Shown one piece after another: positions 28,656 to 42,353 of a DNA stretch of 64,000 bases. Origin of the DNA: Eledone cirrhosa (Eukaryota); the NCBI GenBank assembly GCA_964016885.1, contig OZ024760.1, forward strand, positions 6,386,001-6,450,000, given 5' to 3'. The notes beneath the pieces are model-generated. The model was not told where the DNA came from. It saw only the letters and a program-made list of their open reading frames with translations, and did no database searches. The first letter of the stretch is position 1, and the number at the start of each line of letters is the position of its first letter. Both the position numbers and the translations under genes were made by a program.

Positions 28656-29173
28656 TCAAAATATTATCTTTTGAAAACCAATCACCATTCACAAGTAAAC
28701 AGAAGCCTTTCTCTCTCTCTGTTAAAAATCTCTTATCTTCTCCTCATTTATCTCTCGCTAAAAATGAATAAATTTCAAGTTTGGAAAATTAAAAAAAAAA
28801 AAAATGAAGATATTTAAAAAATTAAAATAAAATCTATATAACAAAAAAATAAAAATAAAAGTAAAATGTAAAAAATAAATTTCATCATATTTATTGATTT
28901 TTTTTTTTGGCGGGGATAGATGGGTTGTTGGTCATGGTGGTGGAGATAGTGGTTATGGTGGTTGAAGTGGTGGTGGCGGCGGTGGGGATATGGTAATTGA
29001 AATTTAGGAAGTTTTCATCAGTGGGCTGTCCTGTTATTATCATTTAATATTTTAGTTGATATATATATGCGTGTGTGTATATATATATATATATATAATT
29101 TGGTTATTTAAGGAAACACAAAACAAATTCAAATCTTTATATATCTATATACCTACACACACAAACATATATA

Positions 29174-31548
29174 AAAGCACCCAGTCCACACTGTAAAGTG
29201 GTCATGTAGGAGTCACAACAAAAAGCACCCAACCCACACTATAAAGTGGTCATGTAGGTGTCATGACAAAAAGCACCCAGTCCACACCCAAAATGGTCAT
29301 GTAGGTGTCATGACAAAAAGCACCCAGTCCACGCTGTAAAGTGATCATGTAGTAGTCACAACAAAAAGCAGCCAACCCACACTATAAAGTGGTCATGTAG
29401 TAGTCACAACAAAAAGCAGCCAACCCACACTATAAAGTGGTCATGTAGGAGTCACAACAAAAAGCACCCAACCCACACTATAAAGTGGTCATGTAGGAAT
29501 CACAACAAAAAGCACCCAGTCCACACTGTAAAGTGGTCATGTAGGAATCACAACAAAAAGCACCCAGCCCACACTGTAAAGTGGTCATGTAGGAATCACA
29601 ACAAAAAGCACCCAGCTCACACTGTAAAGTGGTCATGTAGGAGTCACAACAAAAAGCACCCAGCTCACACTGTAAAGTGGTCATGTAGGAGTCACAACAA
29701 AAAGCTCCCAGCCCACACTATAAAGTGGTCATGTAGGAATCACAACAAAAAGCACCCAGCTCACACTATAAAGTGGTCATGTAGGAGTCACAACAAAAAG
29801 CACCCAGCTCACACTGTAAAGTGGTCATGTAGGTGTCACAACAAAAAGCACCCAGCCCACACTGTAAAGTGGTCATGTAGGAATCACAACAAAAAGCACC
29901 CAGCTCACACTGTAAAGTGGTCATGTAGGTATCAGAATATAAAGCACCCAGCTCACACAGTAAAGTGGTCATGTAGGTGTCACAACAAAAAGCACCCAGC
30001 TCACACAGTAAAGTGGTCATGTAGGAGTCACAACAAAAAGCATCCAGCCCACACTGTAAGGTGGTCATGTAGGAGTCACAACAAAAAGCACCCAGCTCAC
30101 ACTGTAAAGTGGTCATGTAGGTGTCACAACAAAAAGCACCGAGCCCACACTGTAAAGTGGTCATGTAGGAGTCACAACATAAAGCACCCAGCTCACACTG
30201 TAAAGTGGTCATGTAGGAGTTACAACAAAAAGCACCCAGCTCACACTGTAAAGTGGTCATGTAGGAATCACAACAAAAAGCACCCAGTCCACACTGTAAA
30301 GTGGTCATGTAGGAGTCACAACAAAAAGCACCCAGCTCACACTGTAAAGTGGTCATGTAGGAATCACAACAAAAAGCACCCAGTCCACACTGTAAAGTGG
30401 TCATGTAGGAGTCACAACAAAAAGCACCCAGCCCACACTGTAAAGTGGTCATGTAGGAATCACAACAAAAAGCACCCAGCTCACACTGTAAAGTGGTCAT
30501 GTAGGAGTCACAAAAAGAAGCACCCAGCTCACACTGTAAAGTGGTCATGTAGGAATCACAACAAAAAGCACCCAGCTCACACTGTAAAGTGGTCATGTAG
30601 GAGTCACAACAAAAAGCACCAAGCTCACACTGTAAAGTGGTCATGTAGGAATCACAACAAAAAGCACCCAGCTCACACTGTAAAGTGGTCATGTAGGAAT
30701 CACAACAAAAAGCACTCACCTCACACTGTAAAGTGGTCATGTAGGAGTCACAACAAAAAGCTCCCAGCCCACACTGTAAAGTGGTCATGTAGGAATCACA
30801 ACAAAAAGCACCCAGCCCACACTGTAAAGTGGTCATGTAGGAGTCACAACAAAAAGCACCCAGCCCACACAGTAAAGTGGTCATGTAGGAGTCACAACAA
30901 AAACCACCCAGCCCATACAGTAAAGTGGTCATGTAGGAATCACAACAAAAAGCACCCAGCCCACACTGTAAAGTGGTCATGTAGGAGTCACAACAAAAAG
31001 CACCCAGCCCACACTGTAAAGTGGTCATGTAGGAGTCACAACAAAAAGCACCCAGCCCACACAGTAAAGTGGTCATGTAGGAGTCACAACAAAAAGCACC
31101 CAGCCCACACTGTAAATTGGTCATGTAGGAGTCACAACAAAAAGCACCCAGCCCACACAGTAAAGTGGTCATGTAGGAGTCACAACAAAAAGTACCCAGC
31201 CCACACTGTAAAGTGGTCATGTAGGAGTCACAACAAAAAGCACCCAGCCCACACAGTAAAGTGGTCATGTAGGAGTCACAACAAAAAGTACCCAGCCCAC
31301 ACTGTAAAGTGGTCATGTAGGAGTCACAACAAAAAGTACCCAGCCCACACTGTAAAGTGGTCATGTAGGAGTCACAACAAAAAGTACCCAGCCCACACTG
31401 TAAAGTGGTCATGTAGGAGTCACAACAAAAAGCACCCAGCCCACACTGTAAAGTGGTCATGTAGGAGTCACAACAAAAAGCACCCAGCCCACACTGTAAA
31501 GTGGTCATGTAGGAGTCACAACAAAAAGCACCCAGCTCACACTGTAAA
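29174..31548 (+). repeat. 48-bp tandem array (~49 copies) derived from an RTE 3' UTR repeat, followed by the RTE tail to ~31698
   Basis: Unit AAAAAGCACCCAGCYCACACTGTAAAGTGGTCATGTAGGARTCACAAC. Confidence 0.95.
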
Positions 31549-32083
31549 TGTGGTTGGCATTAGGAAGGGCATCCAGCTGTAGAAATTTAGCCAGAAACAG
31601 TTCTGTATGAGCAAGACACGGTCACCTGACCCAACTTGCTGCCGTGGAAAGTGGACATTAAATGACAACGGTGATGATGATGATGATGATGATGATGATA
31701 TATATATATTTATAGTGTACGCGATTCAGTGAATTACTGGTGGTGGTACCAACACAAGCACTCTACGCACTGGCAGAATGTATATATTTAAAAGACAATG
31801 AAGTTTTTCATTTACATATAATAGATTTTTTATTGTGTATTGACCTTTTCTGCATGTTTCGCAGAGGATTCACTCAAGGTGACCCATAGGAGTTATAGAC
31901 CTGACTCTTATTGATCTACTCCTCAGACTGGCGATTTGACAAAAAATATAGCATCATATCTATTTATGTTCATACATTGGACAAAATCACTAGCAAACGT
32001 TTCAAGCTCCAAATTTAAACCATACCTCCAGAAAACAAAGCCGTCAATATAGTGACCTCTCTCTCTCTCTCTCTCTGTCTCTG

Positions 32084-32117
<34 letters not shown>

Positions 32118-32153
<36 letters not shown>

Positions 32154-32417
32154 CCGTTTTACGTCCATTCTTCCACGCTAGCATGGGTTAGACGGGTTGT
32201 CCTGTTGTGGGCAGTGTCTGGTCGGCTGACCATGCCTTGCTCATACAGGAACTGATTCTGGCTTGATTTCTACAGCTGGATGCCCTTCCTAACACCAACC
32301 TCATTTACAGTGAGTGCTGGGTGCTTTTTCGTGGCCCCTACACGTCCACTTTACAGTGTGGACTGGGTGCTTTTTTGCTGTGGCACCTCCACGACCACCT
32401 TGCAGTGGGGGGTGTGG

Positions 32418-32420
<3 letters not shown>
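32118..32420 (-). mobile_element. Young RTE 3' end
   Basis: Nearly identical to the tails at 37016, 42320 and 46860. Confidence 0.88.
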
Positions 32421-32480
<60 letters not shown>

Positions 32481-32596
32481 TTTTCCAAGAGGTGGTCGAA
32501 ATGAACAGACCTACTTTTTCTTGAAGATATTTTTTTTATTTTCTGCCCCTGCTCACTCTCCTCTATCTTTTTATTTCTTCTTTAATTTCTAATTCT

Positions 32597-32633
32597 ATTT
32601 TCCGATGAAGGACTAGTGTCCGAAACGTTAAGA
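32597..32633 (+). ncRNA. Minimal hammerhead (family A; core variant CCGATGA)
   Basis: CCGATGA-A-GGAC-TAGT-GTCC-GAAACGTT-AAGA; relatives at 54891 and 24381. Confidence 0.65.
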
Positions 32634-32831
32634 CTTTTTCTATTATATATATTTTTTTCTATTTACTTTTCATTTACACAGACAGACACATACACACACA
32701 AACACACACGTGTGTGTGTGTATGTGATGCCACAGCATTGTATCAGTTCAATGGCTGAAGACTGTAGAAGAATAAGAGTAAAAGAATATGCACTCATATA
32801 CACACACACACATACATATATACATACGCAG

Positions 32832-32864
<33 letters not shown>

Positions 32865-33109
32865 CACACATACATACTTATTTATATATATATATACATA
32901 TTTATATATATATATACACACACATACATACATATTTATATATATATATTATGTATAGTAGGATATAAATCTCTTTGTCCTAGCCTCTACTCTCATCAAT
33001 CCATTATCTCTAGTGCGTATTGTCTGATAGCTTTTATTCATTTTATTTTTATTTAAAATTTTAAGAACAGCTGCACATTCTTATATAAACTGTCGATAAC
33101 TGAGCTGTG

Positions 33110-33228
33110 ATGGTGTGTGGCTTAGTGGTTAGAGATTTGGGTTCATATTTGTGGGGTTGTGAGTTTGACTCCTAGGCTGGGTGATGAGTTATGTCCTTGA
33201 GCAAGACACTTTATTTCACATTACTCCT
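33110..33228 (+). mobile_element. Degraded CORE-SINE 5' half
   Basis: TGGCTTAGTGG...GTCCTTGAGCAAGACACTTTATTTCAC. Confidence 0.75.
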
Positions 33229-33326
33229 TCTGCTAGGAGTAGCGACCTGTAGATAGTATCAACAATTGGAAAGACAAATTCCACCCTACTCAGTGAGTGA
33301 ATCAGGTTTGATTTCTTATTGATCAT

Positions 33327-34150
33327 TTAACCCTTTAGCATTTACATTACTCTATATTTACTATTGTATGTTCATGGTAGACACTTTATCTCCTACTAGC
33401 CGAATTACCCGTCCCTTGCTGCGTTTCACGCATTTTTTTGTAAGTAAATGATGATTGATTTTAAACCAGTGATATAATTTATGGAGAAAAAACTCTGCAT
33501 TTCAATATTACTCAATGTAAAATGTAATGCATGAAAAATTGGAAAACATTATTTTTTGTAATATATCAAATCAAAATTACATTATTAAATCTTATTCTTA
33601 TTTTGTTTCTTGTAAATAATTTTTTTCAAAATATCAATTCAAAACATGATCATTTCATTTTTGTGTAAAGCATTATTTTATTTGGGCTTCCAAAATTTTC
33701 ACTATAGTGGGTTTAACCCCCATTAGGGTGTCTTAATATTATTGAAATTTGCTGAAATTTTGTGAATAGGCATCATATCTTGTCATTTACCTATTGTTTA
33801 AATTTCATATAAATCAAAGGGAAAAAGTTTTCAGCGGGGGTTTGTGCCCCCGGCGAACTCTTTGATTAAAATGAAATATATTTATCCAAGTACCCTGGGC
33901 ATTGTAGTTTCAGAATATATATGGTTATGGGGGTCTATCTCCAAAAACATAGGAGGAGTGCGTGAACAAACAAACAGACAGGAACTACAACTTTATATAT
34001 ATAGATAATTACCTCACATAATATCGTATCTATGAGAGTTTGAGAACAATACCTTAACATAGGTATGAGTGACCAGTAACGGCCAGTTTGAACAGAAAGA
34101 GGTGAGAGAATTCTGGCCGGATACGGTTGGTTTAAATGCTAAAGGGTTAA
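33327..34150. mobile_element. piggyBac-type MITE split by a Helitron
   Basis: TTAA-CCCTTTAGCATTT ... AAATGCTAAAGGG-TTAA. Confidence 0.85.
33396..34005 (-). mobile_element. Non-autonomous Helitron
   Basis: Minus strand A|TCTATATATATAAAG...CTGTCTGTTTGTTTG ... GGGTAATTCGGCTAG|T; boundaries are set by the interrupted MITE. Confidence 0.8.
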
Positions 34151-34301
34151 AAAAAAGCAAAAAACACTGAGTTATCTTCACCTATTGAGAACATTGTACT
34201 AATAAGGTGAGAGATGTTTTAAGGGAGTTGTTTTTGAGATATGGAGTGTCATAGCTACTTCTTCATAGTACATGCTGATTTCATGTACCCCTATGGTAGA
34301 G

Positions 34302-34821
34302 CAAAGGTTCTAAAACTTTTGGGGTCACCACCTCCCCCCTCATGGCCACGTAATACCGTCAGCACCTCCCACCCCTATTTCCGGAGAGACCTGCCTACAT
34401 GGAAATTGTAAATAATATATGATAAATAAAATTGTAAATAATATATGATAAATAAAATTGTAAATAATATATGATAAATAAAATCGTTAATTTAGTTCCT
34501 GTATGAGCAAGGCATGGTCAGCCGACCAGACACTGCCCACAACAGGACAACCCGTCTAACCCATGCTAGCGTGGAAGAACGGACGTAAAACGGTGATGAT
34601 GATGATGATATATAATAAATAATATAATTGTTTCTATTTTTTTTTTTTACTATATATAAATAAAAATACATATTTTTTATTTATATATAAATATATAATA
34701 TGTATCATTTGATATTTAATATACTATTAGATCATCTCTGTCACCTCCTTGGGCCCCAGCACTTCTCCTGGACCTTCCCAATGCCCCCCAGCGGCGGTAG
34801 TGGCCACTTTGAGAACCTCTG
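34302..34821. mobile_element. hAT (Charlie-like) MITE containing an RTE tail (34493-34608)
   Basis: TIRs CAAAGGTTCTAAAA / TTTGAGAACCTCTG; 8-bp TSD TGGTAGAG/AGGTAGAG. Confidence 0.75.
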
Positions 34822-35075
34822 AGGTAGAGGGGGCCCATTGATGGGAGAAGATACAGAGTAAAACCAAGGAAACATTGGAATGGTCTTGTTATTGAGTCAC
34901 TACACCACACCCATGTAGTGTTGCGCACAGACCCTTGCCTGGGGTTAAGGCTTCAAGGTCGTTAAGTGTGCATAAATCTTCAAGACTGGGGCCAACTATA
35001 AGGTGCTCCACTGTAACAGATACCTAAATGTGGAATGTTACACAATGCCCCACCCCCCACCCTCACACACACACA

Positions 35076-35531
35076 GCCCCGGCGGACAGGATGGAGAAGG
35101 CGTTCCCTCGAAGGACAGCAAGGGAGACGTGCTGGAAAAGCCACTCCAACTCGCAGGGCTCACACTTGCGGCTGGCCAGCTCAGCGCCTATGGTGGTGAG
35201 TAGGGAGGTATCCCTAGGGCCCGAGGACACCAGAAGTCTCCACTGCCAGGGGTAGCCAGCTCAGCGCCTATGGTGGTGAGTAGGGAGGTATCCCTAGGGC
35301 CCGAGGACACCAGAAGTCTCCACTGCCAGGGGTAGCCAGCTCAGCGCCTATGGTGGTGAGTAGGGAGGTATCCCTAGGGCCGGGGACACCAGAAGTCTCC
35401 ACTGCCAGGGGTACGACCGCAAACCTGTCGGAGAACGACCGGTATTTGAGGAGCTTGGCCTCCTCAGACCGACATGCAGCAGAACCTGGGTTAGTCGCAG
35501 AGGTGCTCTGTAGTGTGTAAATTGCCCACAT
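35076..35531 (-). mobile_element. CRE-clade non-LTR retrotransposon C-terminal (restriction-like endonuclease) fragment with an 80-bp triplication
   Basis: SEEAKLLKY...VPLAVETSG...IGAELA...ELEWLFQHVSLAVLRGNAFSIL; repeats at 35175, 35255, 35335. Confidence 0.78.
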
Positions 35532-35892
35532 TGGCAGTTGGAATCATCGTAGGTGGGATGTCCTCATTTCTGAGGGTTGGCTGTATAGTGACCAACAGCT
35601 GTTAGGGGGTGATTCAGGCAGGGCCAGGAGAGACGGGGTGGGGGGAGAAAGTATGAGAGAAAAGTCGAGGTAGAAAAACAGGCGGGAGGGAGAGAGACAG
35701 AGGTTAAGAGAAAGAGAAAAAGAGAGACAGTGAAAGAGAACGAGAAAGAGAGAAATTACATAACAGATCCTTGTCTCTCACATTTCCCTTCCTCTTCCTC
35801 CCCCTTCCACCCCACACCAACACCCTTCCCACTTCCTCTTCCTCTTCCTTCCAGCTTTTATTTCACAGAAACATTAAAATGAAAAGAAAAGT

Positions 35893-36888
35893 AAACACAC
35901 ACATACAAATACACATAAACACACATAAACACACACAGCATACACAAAACACACACATACAGATAAACACACAAAATACACAAAGATACACACATACACA
36001 AACAAGATACAAAACACATATAAATGCACACAAGCACACACATACGCACAAATATTCACGCATACACAAACACACACAAATACACAAACACATATATACA
36101 CAAACAAACACACACACAAACATACAGATACACACATACACAAACACACACAAATACACAAACACATATATACACACAAACAAACACACACACAAACATA
36201 CAGATACACACATACACAAACAAGATACAAAACACAAATGCACACAAGCACACACATACGCACAAATATACACGCATACACAAACACACAAATACACAAA
36301 CACATATATACACACAAACAAACATACAGATACACACATACACAAACAAGATACAAAACACACATAAACGCACACAAGCACACACATATGCACAAATATA
36401 CACGCATACACAAACACACACAAATACACAAACACATATATACACACAAACAAATACACAAACAGGATACAAAACACATATACACAAACACACACAAATA
36501 CACAAACACATATATACACACAAACAAACACACACAAACATACAGATACACACATACACAAACAAGATACAAAACACATATACATGCACACAAGCACACA
36601 CATACGCACAAATATACATGCATACACAAACACACACATACAAATACACATATATACACACAAACACACACACACACAAACATACAGATACACACATACA
36701 CAAACAAGATACAAAACACATATACATGCACACAAGCACACACATACGCACAAATATACACGCATACACAAACACAAATACACAAACACATATATACACA
36801 CAAACAAACATACAGATACACACATACACAAACACACACAAATACACAAACAAACACACACACAAACATACACAGACAGAGAGAGAGA
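35893..36888. repeat. CA-rich complex satellite
   Basis: Recurring ACAAACAAGATACAAAACAC subunits. Confidence 0.93.
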
Positions 36889-37015
36889 AAATATTTTTGT
36901 TTTAGTTTTACAAGCAGAATGATATATAGTGTCTGTTTTAAAAGTTTATTTTTAAAACTGCATCAGAGGTGTTTATTGTTGGTTGGGAGTTTGTATTATG
37001 GGGCCAATATGTTGA

Positions 37016-37520
37016 CATCATCATCATCATCATCATCAGCGTTTTACGTCCGTTTTTCCACGCTAGCATGGGTTAGACGGGTTGTCCTGTTGTGGGCAGT
37101 GTCTGGTCGGCTGACCATGCCTTGCTCATACAGGAACTGATTTGGCTTGGTTTCTACAGCTGGATGCCCTTCCTAACACCAACCTCATTTACAGTGAGTG
37201 CTGGGTGCTTTTTCGTGGCGCCTACACATCCACTTTACAGTGTGGGCTGGGTGCTTTTTTGCCGTAGCACCTCCACGACCACCTTGCGGTGGGGGCATAT
37301 TGTCTATATGCTTCAGCTTGTACCCATGGGAGGTCGGGTACTCTGTATTACTGCATGACGCCAGAGGTCACGGTCGTGTGCCTTTGAGAGGTGTAATTGG
37401 GTAAGGTCGGCTTTTATCACCTCATCCCAGGTCATCTTGGGTCTCCCCACTCCGCGGTTTCCATCGACTTCTAGTGCTCTGCACCTTTTTATGCAGCTGT
37501 CATCCTTCATACGCATCACA
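37016..37520 (-). mobile_element. 5'-truncated young RTE LINE
   Basis: VMRMKDDSCIKRCRALEVDGNRGVGRPKMTWDEVIKADL plus 3' UTR. Confidence 0.9.
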
Positions 37521-37534
37521 ATAAAAATATTAAT

Positions 37535-38140
37535 AATAATAATTGTTTCTACTTTTGGTACAAGGCCAGCAATTACCCAGTGCATTACTGGTACTTTATT
37601 TTATCGACCCCGTAAGGATGAAAGGCAAAGTTAACCTCGGCGGGATTTGAACTCAGAACATAAAGGGCCATAACTCTATGCTGCAAAGCATTGCATTCGA
37701 CCCCTCTACCAATGCTGCCATAATAATGGTTTCTGATTTAGGCACAAGGCCAGCAATTTGGGGAATGGGAAAGTCGATTAAATCGACTCCAGTACGTGAC
37801 TGGTACTTTATTTTATCAACCACGTAAGGATAAAAGTCAAAGTTAATCTCGGTGCTATTTGAACTCAGAATGTAAAGGGCCGTAACTCTATGCTGGAAAG
37901 CACGGTGTCTGACGCTCTACCATTACTGCCAACAATAATAATAATAATTGTTTCTACTTTAGGCACAAGGCCAGCAATTACCCAGTACATTACTGGTACA
38001 GGCCAGCAATTTTGAGAGAGGGGTTTATGGTTCAGTCCTCCTGCTTGGCACCCTGGACAAGTGGTCTTGTACTATAGTCTTCATTTGTGAGTAGAATTTG
38101 GTAGATGGAAACTGTGCAGAAGCCCTTTATGTATTTGTAT
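37535..38140. mobile_element. Stacked M SINEs (-) and a fragment of another SINE (+, ~38022-38140)
   Basis: Homology to other M copies; GGTTCAGTCC...GGACAAGTG...TTTGGTAGATGGAAACTG. Confidence 0.75.
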
Positions 38141-38244
38141 GTGGCTATGTAAGAAATAGGGCAGGAGCCTGTTCTGTGTGAGTGCATGTGTGTGTATGAG
38201 AGTATGTGTGTGTGTGTGTATATCTATATGTGTGTGTGTGTGTG

Positions 38245-38285
<41 letters not shown>

Positions 38286-38379
38286 GTGTGTGTGTATATA
38301 TATATGTGTATGTATATGTATATTTGTGTGTGTATATGTATACATATACACACTCATATATACACACACATATATATAT

Positions 38380-39230
38380 ATAATAATAATGAAATTATTG
38401 TGTAAAGTGCTCAGGTGCACTACAACTCGTCAAAGGTGTATGTATAGTACATAGAATAATACACAAATGTCAGGGAAGTACATGTGTGTATGTGTTAGCT
38501 GTAGTGTTGGCGGATCTCGGGAAGCATGGAGGCCTTAAAGGATGCAGTGTCTCGACAGCTAACAACTGATGCAGGTAGTTTGTTCCATGCTTCAGCAACT
38601 CTGAGCATGAAAAAATGTTTCCGAAAGTCATGGGAACTGTGCTGTTTTCTTACTTTGTGGGCATGACCACGTGTGTTAGACACATGGAAATCAAAAAGGT
38701 ACTCAGGGTTGTTGTTGGCAACATGGTTAACAATTTTGTGGGTGTTTACCAAGTCAGTTGCCAGGCGTTGGAGCTTCAATGAATCCATGCCCAGGGAAGC
38801 AAGGCGCTCAGAGTATGGTAGATGCCTGATGGAGGGTATTCGCTTGGTTGCACATCTCTGAACAGTTTCCAGGCGGTCAATGTTCTGAGCAAGATAGGGG
38901 TTCCAGACTGGTGATGCAAATTCTAAGTGTGGTCGCACCATAGCTGTATACAGCCTTAAATAGATATCTGGAGAGCGGCTGACAAAGGTCTTGCTGAGTG
39001 ATGCTAAGACACCCTCGGCCCTCTTGACAATTTTAGAGACGTGCCTCGTCCAACGCAAATCGCTGCTGACCGTAATGCCCAGGTCACGTTCACAGGAAGA
39101 CTTCTTGATATTAGTGTTGTGGAGGGAGTATGTGGACGCTGGGTTTTTACTCCCAAAATGCATGGTGGTGCACTTGTCCACAGCTAGCTTGAGTTGCCAG
39201 TCTGAGATCCATTGTTGCATTGTGTCCACA
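38380..39230 (-). mobile_element. CR1-clade LINE ORF2 3' end
   Basis: W..WQLKLAVDKC, ERDLGITVSSDL, LYTAMVRPHLEFASPVWNPY, LETVQRCATK, NTRGH, FF.LRV..WNKLP; (TTA)n tail. Confidence 0.92.
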
Positions 39231-39649
39231 CATTGTGTACACACACATACCCTCATACACACACATGAACTCAGACATATATATGTATATATGTCTGTGT
39301 GTGTATATGTATATTTCTGTATGTATATATATATATGTCTAATATATATATATGTGTGTGTGTGTACTTGAAGATGTGTTTATCTCTTTACTTAGCAGTT
39401 CAACAGGTTGATAAAATAAATACCAGACTTGAAAAAACATAAATAAATAAGAAGAAAACAGTACTGGTATTGATATGAGATTGAATAAATCATTTTAACC
39501 TGATCATTACCAGATTTCTATTGAACTACACAGCTAATAGATTTCAATTAATATAGAGAATAAACTTAAAGAATAAAGATTTTTAATAGTTATATACTGA
39601 CATATATAGAGTAGACACAAGATTTTGATATTATTTATTTTGAGAACAT

Positions 39650-39835
39650 TGGATTGGCAGTATCAGTGGAGGGTCTGATGCCATACTTTGCAGCAAAGAG
39701 TTATAGCCCTTTATGGTCTGAGTTCAAATCCCACCTAGGTTAACTTTGCCTTTCATCCTTACGGGGTCGATAAAATGAAGTACCAGTAATACACTGGCAT
39801 AATTGCTGGCCTTGTGCCAAATGTAGAAACAATTA
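39650..39835 (+). mobile_element. Family M SINE with 16-bp TSD
   Basis: TTATTTATTTTGAGAA at 39631-39646 and 39833-39848. Confidence 0.85.
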
Positions 39836-39886
39836 TTTATTTTGAGAAACCTTAACATAAACATGAGAAAATCAATAGAATATCTA

Positions 39887-40489
39887 CCATATATACTCAA
39901 ATATAAGAATATATTCGAATATAAGTAGATACTTGAATATAAGTTTATACTTGATTATAAGTATCATCATCATCATCGTTTAACGTCCATCTTCCACGCT
40001 ACACGGTTTTGTTCCATTTGATACGGGATTGGTCGGATGACCATGTGTCGCTCGTACAGAAGTGTCTCTGGCAGGTTTTCTACAGTTGGATGCCCTTCCT
40101 AACACCAACCATTTTTACAGTGTGGACTGGGAGCCTTTTTACCGTGTCTCCTGTACGATCACTTTACAATATATACTTGTATATAAGTTGACCCCATTAT
40201 TTTTATGCCTGAAAAATGTTCAAAAATCCAAACCTTATGTTTTTAGAATTTGAAGTTGGTGAAAAATCATCAAAATATTGACCCCTAAGTATAAGCTGAT
40301 ACGAATATGTGACTAAAAAAAAATCAATGGTAAAATGGCGACAGGAAGTGGGTGCTTATATTTTCCATCTAAACATAATGTGTTGATTTGCATTGACTTA
40401 TAAACGAGATTTGGATTTTTATCCACTTTTCAGACATAAAATAGGGGTTCCGCTTGTATTCAGATCAACTTATATTCAAGAATATACAG
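39887..40489. mobile_element. Tc1/mariner-pogo-type MITE with nested RTE tail (39963-40170); related fragment at ~42997-43115
   Basis: TA-CCATATATACTCAAATATAAG ... CTTATATTCAAGAATATACAG terminal inverted repeats. Confidence 0.6.
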
Positions 40490-41124
40490 TGAGCTGATAG
40501 TTTAAATCATTACTTTACAAAATTTTGTATAATAAAATATATGATCATGTACATCAGTACTCATCATTTTTCCATCCAGAAGGTTTTAAAAATCCCCACT
40601 ATCAGATTAACTTTGTTAGTCAAATACGGCATAAGTTTATATTTCTACTTTATTTCAAACTTTGCTTACAAACTTGCCTTGTCCCTCTCTATATATATAT
40701 AAAGGTTTTGTTTTTGTATCAGGGCAGTTTTCTATCATAACTGTAAGGCAGTCTCAGATGGTTTGGTCTCAAAAGTGTTAAAAGTTGTACTCCAGCATGG
40801 TCGCAGTCTAATGACTGAAACCAGTAAAAGAACATTGGAATAATAATAAAGACTGTTGCTATAATAGTAATACAGCTGTCTGTTTGTCACTTCCCCTCTT
40901 TTATAAGTTCTTCTGGCTATTATCTCTATTAGAATATATGTTGAGAGTATCTTTGTCCTTAGGCCATCAACTGGGGAATGGATTCCAGATTGTGTAAGAG
41001 AGGAAACAGATTTGATTTCTTCAAAACTCTGTTTTCAATTTTGACATTTTACCTTTTACAATGCATTTAGAAATCAGTCTGTCAAAAATCTATTTAGTAA
41101 ATGAAATGTTATGCATTTGCAGTG

Positions 41125-41580
41125 CTGTTGTTGTTGTTGGTGGTGGTGGTGGTGGTGGTGTTGTTGTTGGTGGTGGTGTTGTTGTTGTTGTCGTCCTTGT
41201 TGGTGTTGTTGTTGTTGGTGGTGGTGGTGGTGTTGTTGTTGTTGGTGGTGTTGTTGTTGTTGGTGGTGTTGTTGTTGTTGTTGGTGGTGGTGTTGTTGCT
41301 GTTGTTGTTGTTGGTGGTGGTGGTGGTGGTGTTGGTGGTGGTGGTGGTGGTGGTGTTGTTGTTGTTGTCGTCCTTGTTGGTGTTGTTGTTGTTGAAGTTG
41401 TCGTTCTTGTTGGTGTTGTTGTTGTTGTTGAAGTTGTCGTTCTTGTTGGTGGTGTTGTTGTTGTTGTTGTTGTTGCCATCATTCTGGTCAGTGTTGTTGA
41501 TGTCCTTGTTGTTGTCGTCATTCTCATTCTTGCTGTTGTTATTAGTAAAGAAATCATTATTATTATTATTATTATTATTA
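41125..41580. repeat. (GTT/GGT)n and (ATT)n tracts
   Basis: Direct reading. Confidence 0.95.
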
Positions 41581-41782
41581 TGGCGCTGGATCGGCAGTAT
41601 CGGTAGAGGGTCGGACGCCATGCTTTGACGCATGGAGTTACGACCCTTGCCATTCTGAGTTCAAATCCCGCCGAGGTTAACTTTGCCTTTTATCCTTACG
41701 GGGTCGATAAAATAAAGTACCAGTAATGTACTGGGTAATTGCTGGTCTTGTGCCAAAAGTAGAAACAATTATTATTATTATT
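41581..41782 (+). mobile_element. Full-length family M SINE
   Basis: tRNA-like head GGCAGTATCGGTAGAG...GAGTTCAAATCCC, central domain, (ATT)n tail. Confidence 0.9.
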
Positions 41783-41819
41783 GGAGGGGATGGTGGTAGT
41801 GGTAATAGTAGTAATAGTG

Positions 41820-41854
<35 letters not shown>

Positions 41855-42004
41855 TGTAATGTCTTGACATATGCCCTCTATAGCTCTCTCTCTCTCTCTC
41901 TCTCTCCATCATCAGTGTTCTGAGCTCTCCTACACTATCCACTCTGGTGACTGTGTCCTATACCATCTGCCAGGACACCCCTCTGTCTTGACACATCCCT
42001 TCCA

Positions 42005-42037
<33 letters not shown>

Positions 42038-42039
42038 TT

Positions 42040-42220
42040 AACGAAGGAAATGTGGTAAGGAACCAGGTGGCTCATAACGCACCAAAGTACTCAATACTTA
42101 GGGTAGTAGAGTGGGTAATAGGAACAAGTAGGACCCCGACGGCTGAGCTCAAGCTGTTTCGAGTCCAGAATTAGCCGTCGAAACGGCTTGAGCTCAGCCG
42201 TCGGGGTCTTACTTGTTCCT
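42040..42220 (-). mobile_element. PLE-like family B fold-back insertion
   Basis: Same sequence as the 25258 copy; fold-back at ~42161. Confidence 0.75.
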
Positions 42221-42266
42221 ATATATATTTAAGCTTGTTGAATCCCAACAAATTAAATATAACCTC

Positions 42267-42319
<53 letters not shown>

Positions 42320-42353
<34 letters not shown>

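Noticed and set aside
29766-31508. 580-aa Cys-rich repeat ORF (MTTLQCGLGAFCCDSY)n
   Set aside because: The 48-bp unit is a multiple of 3 and derives from a LINE 3' UTR; there is no unique domain or splice evidence
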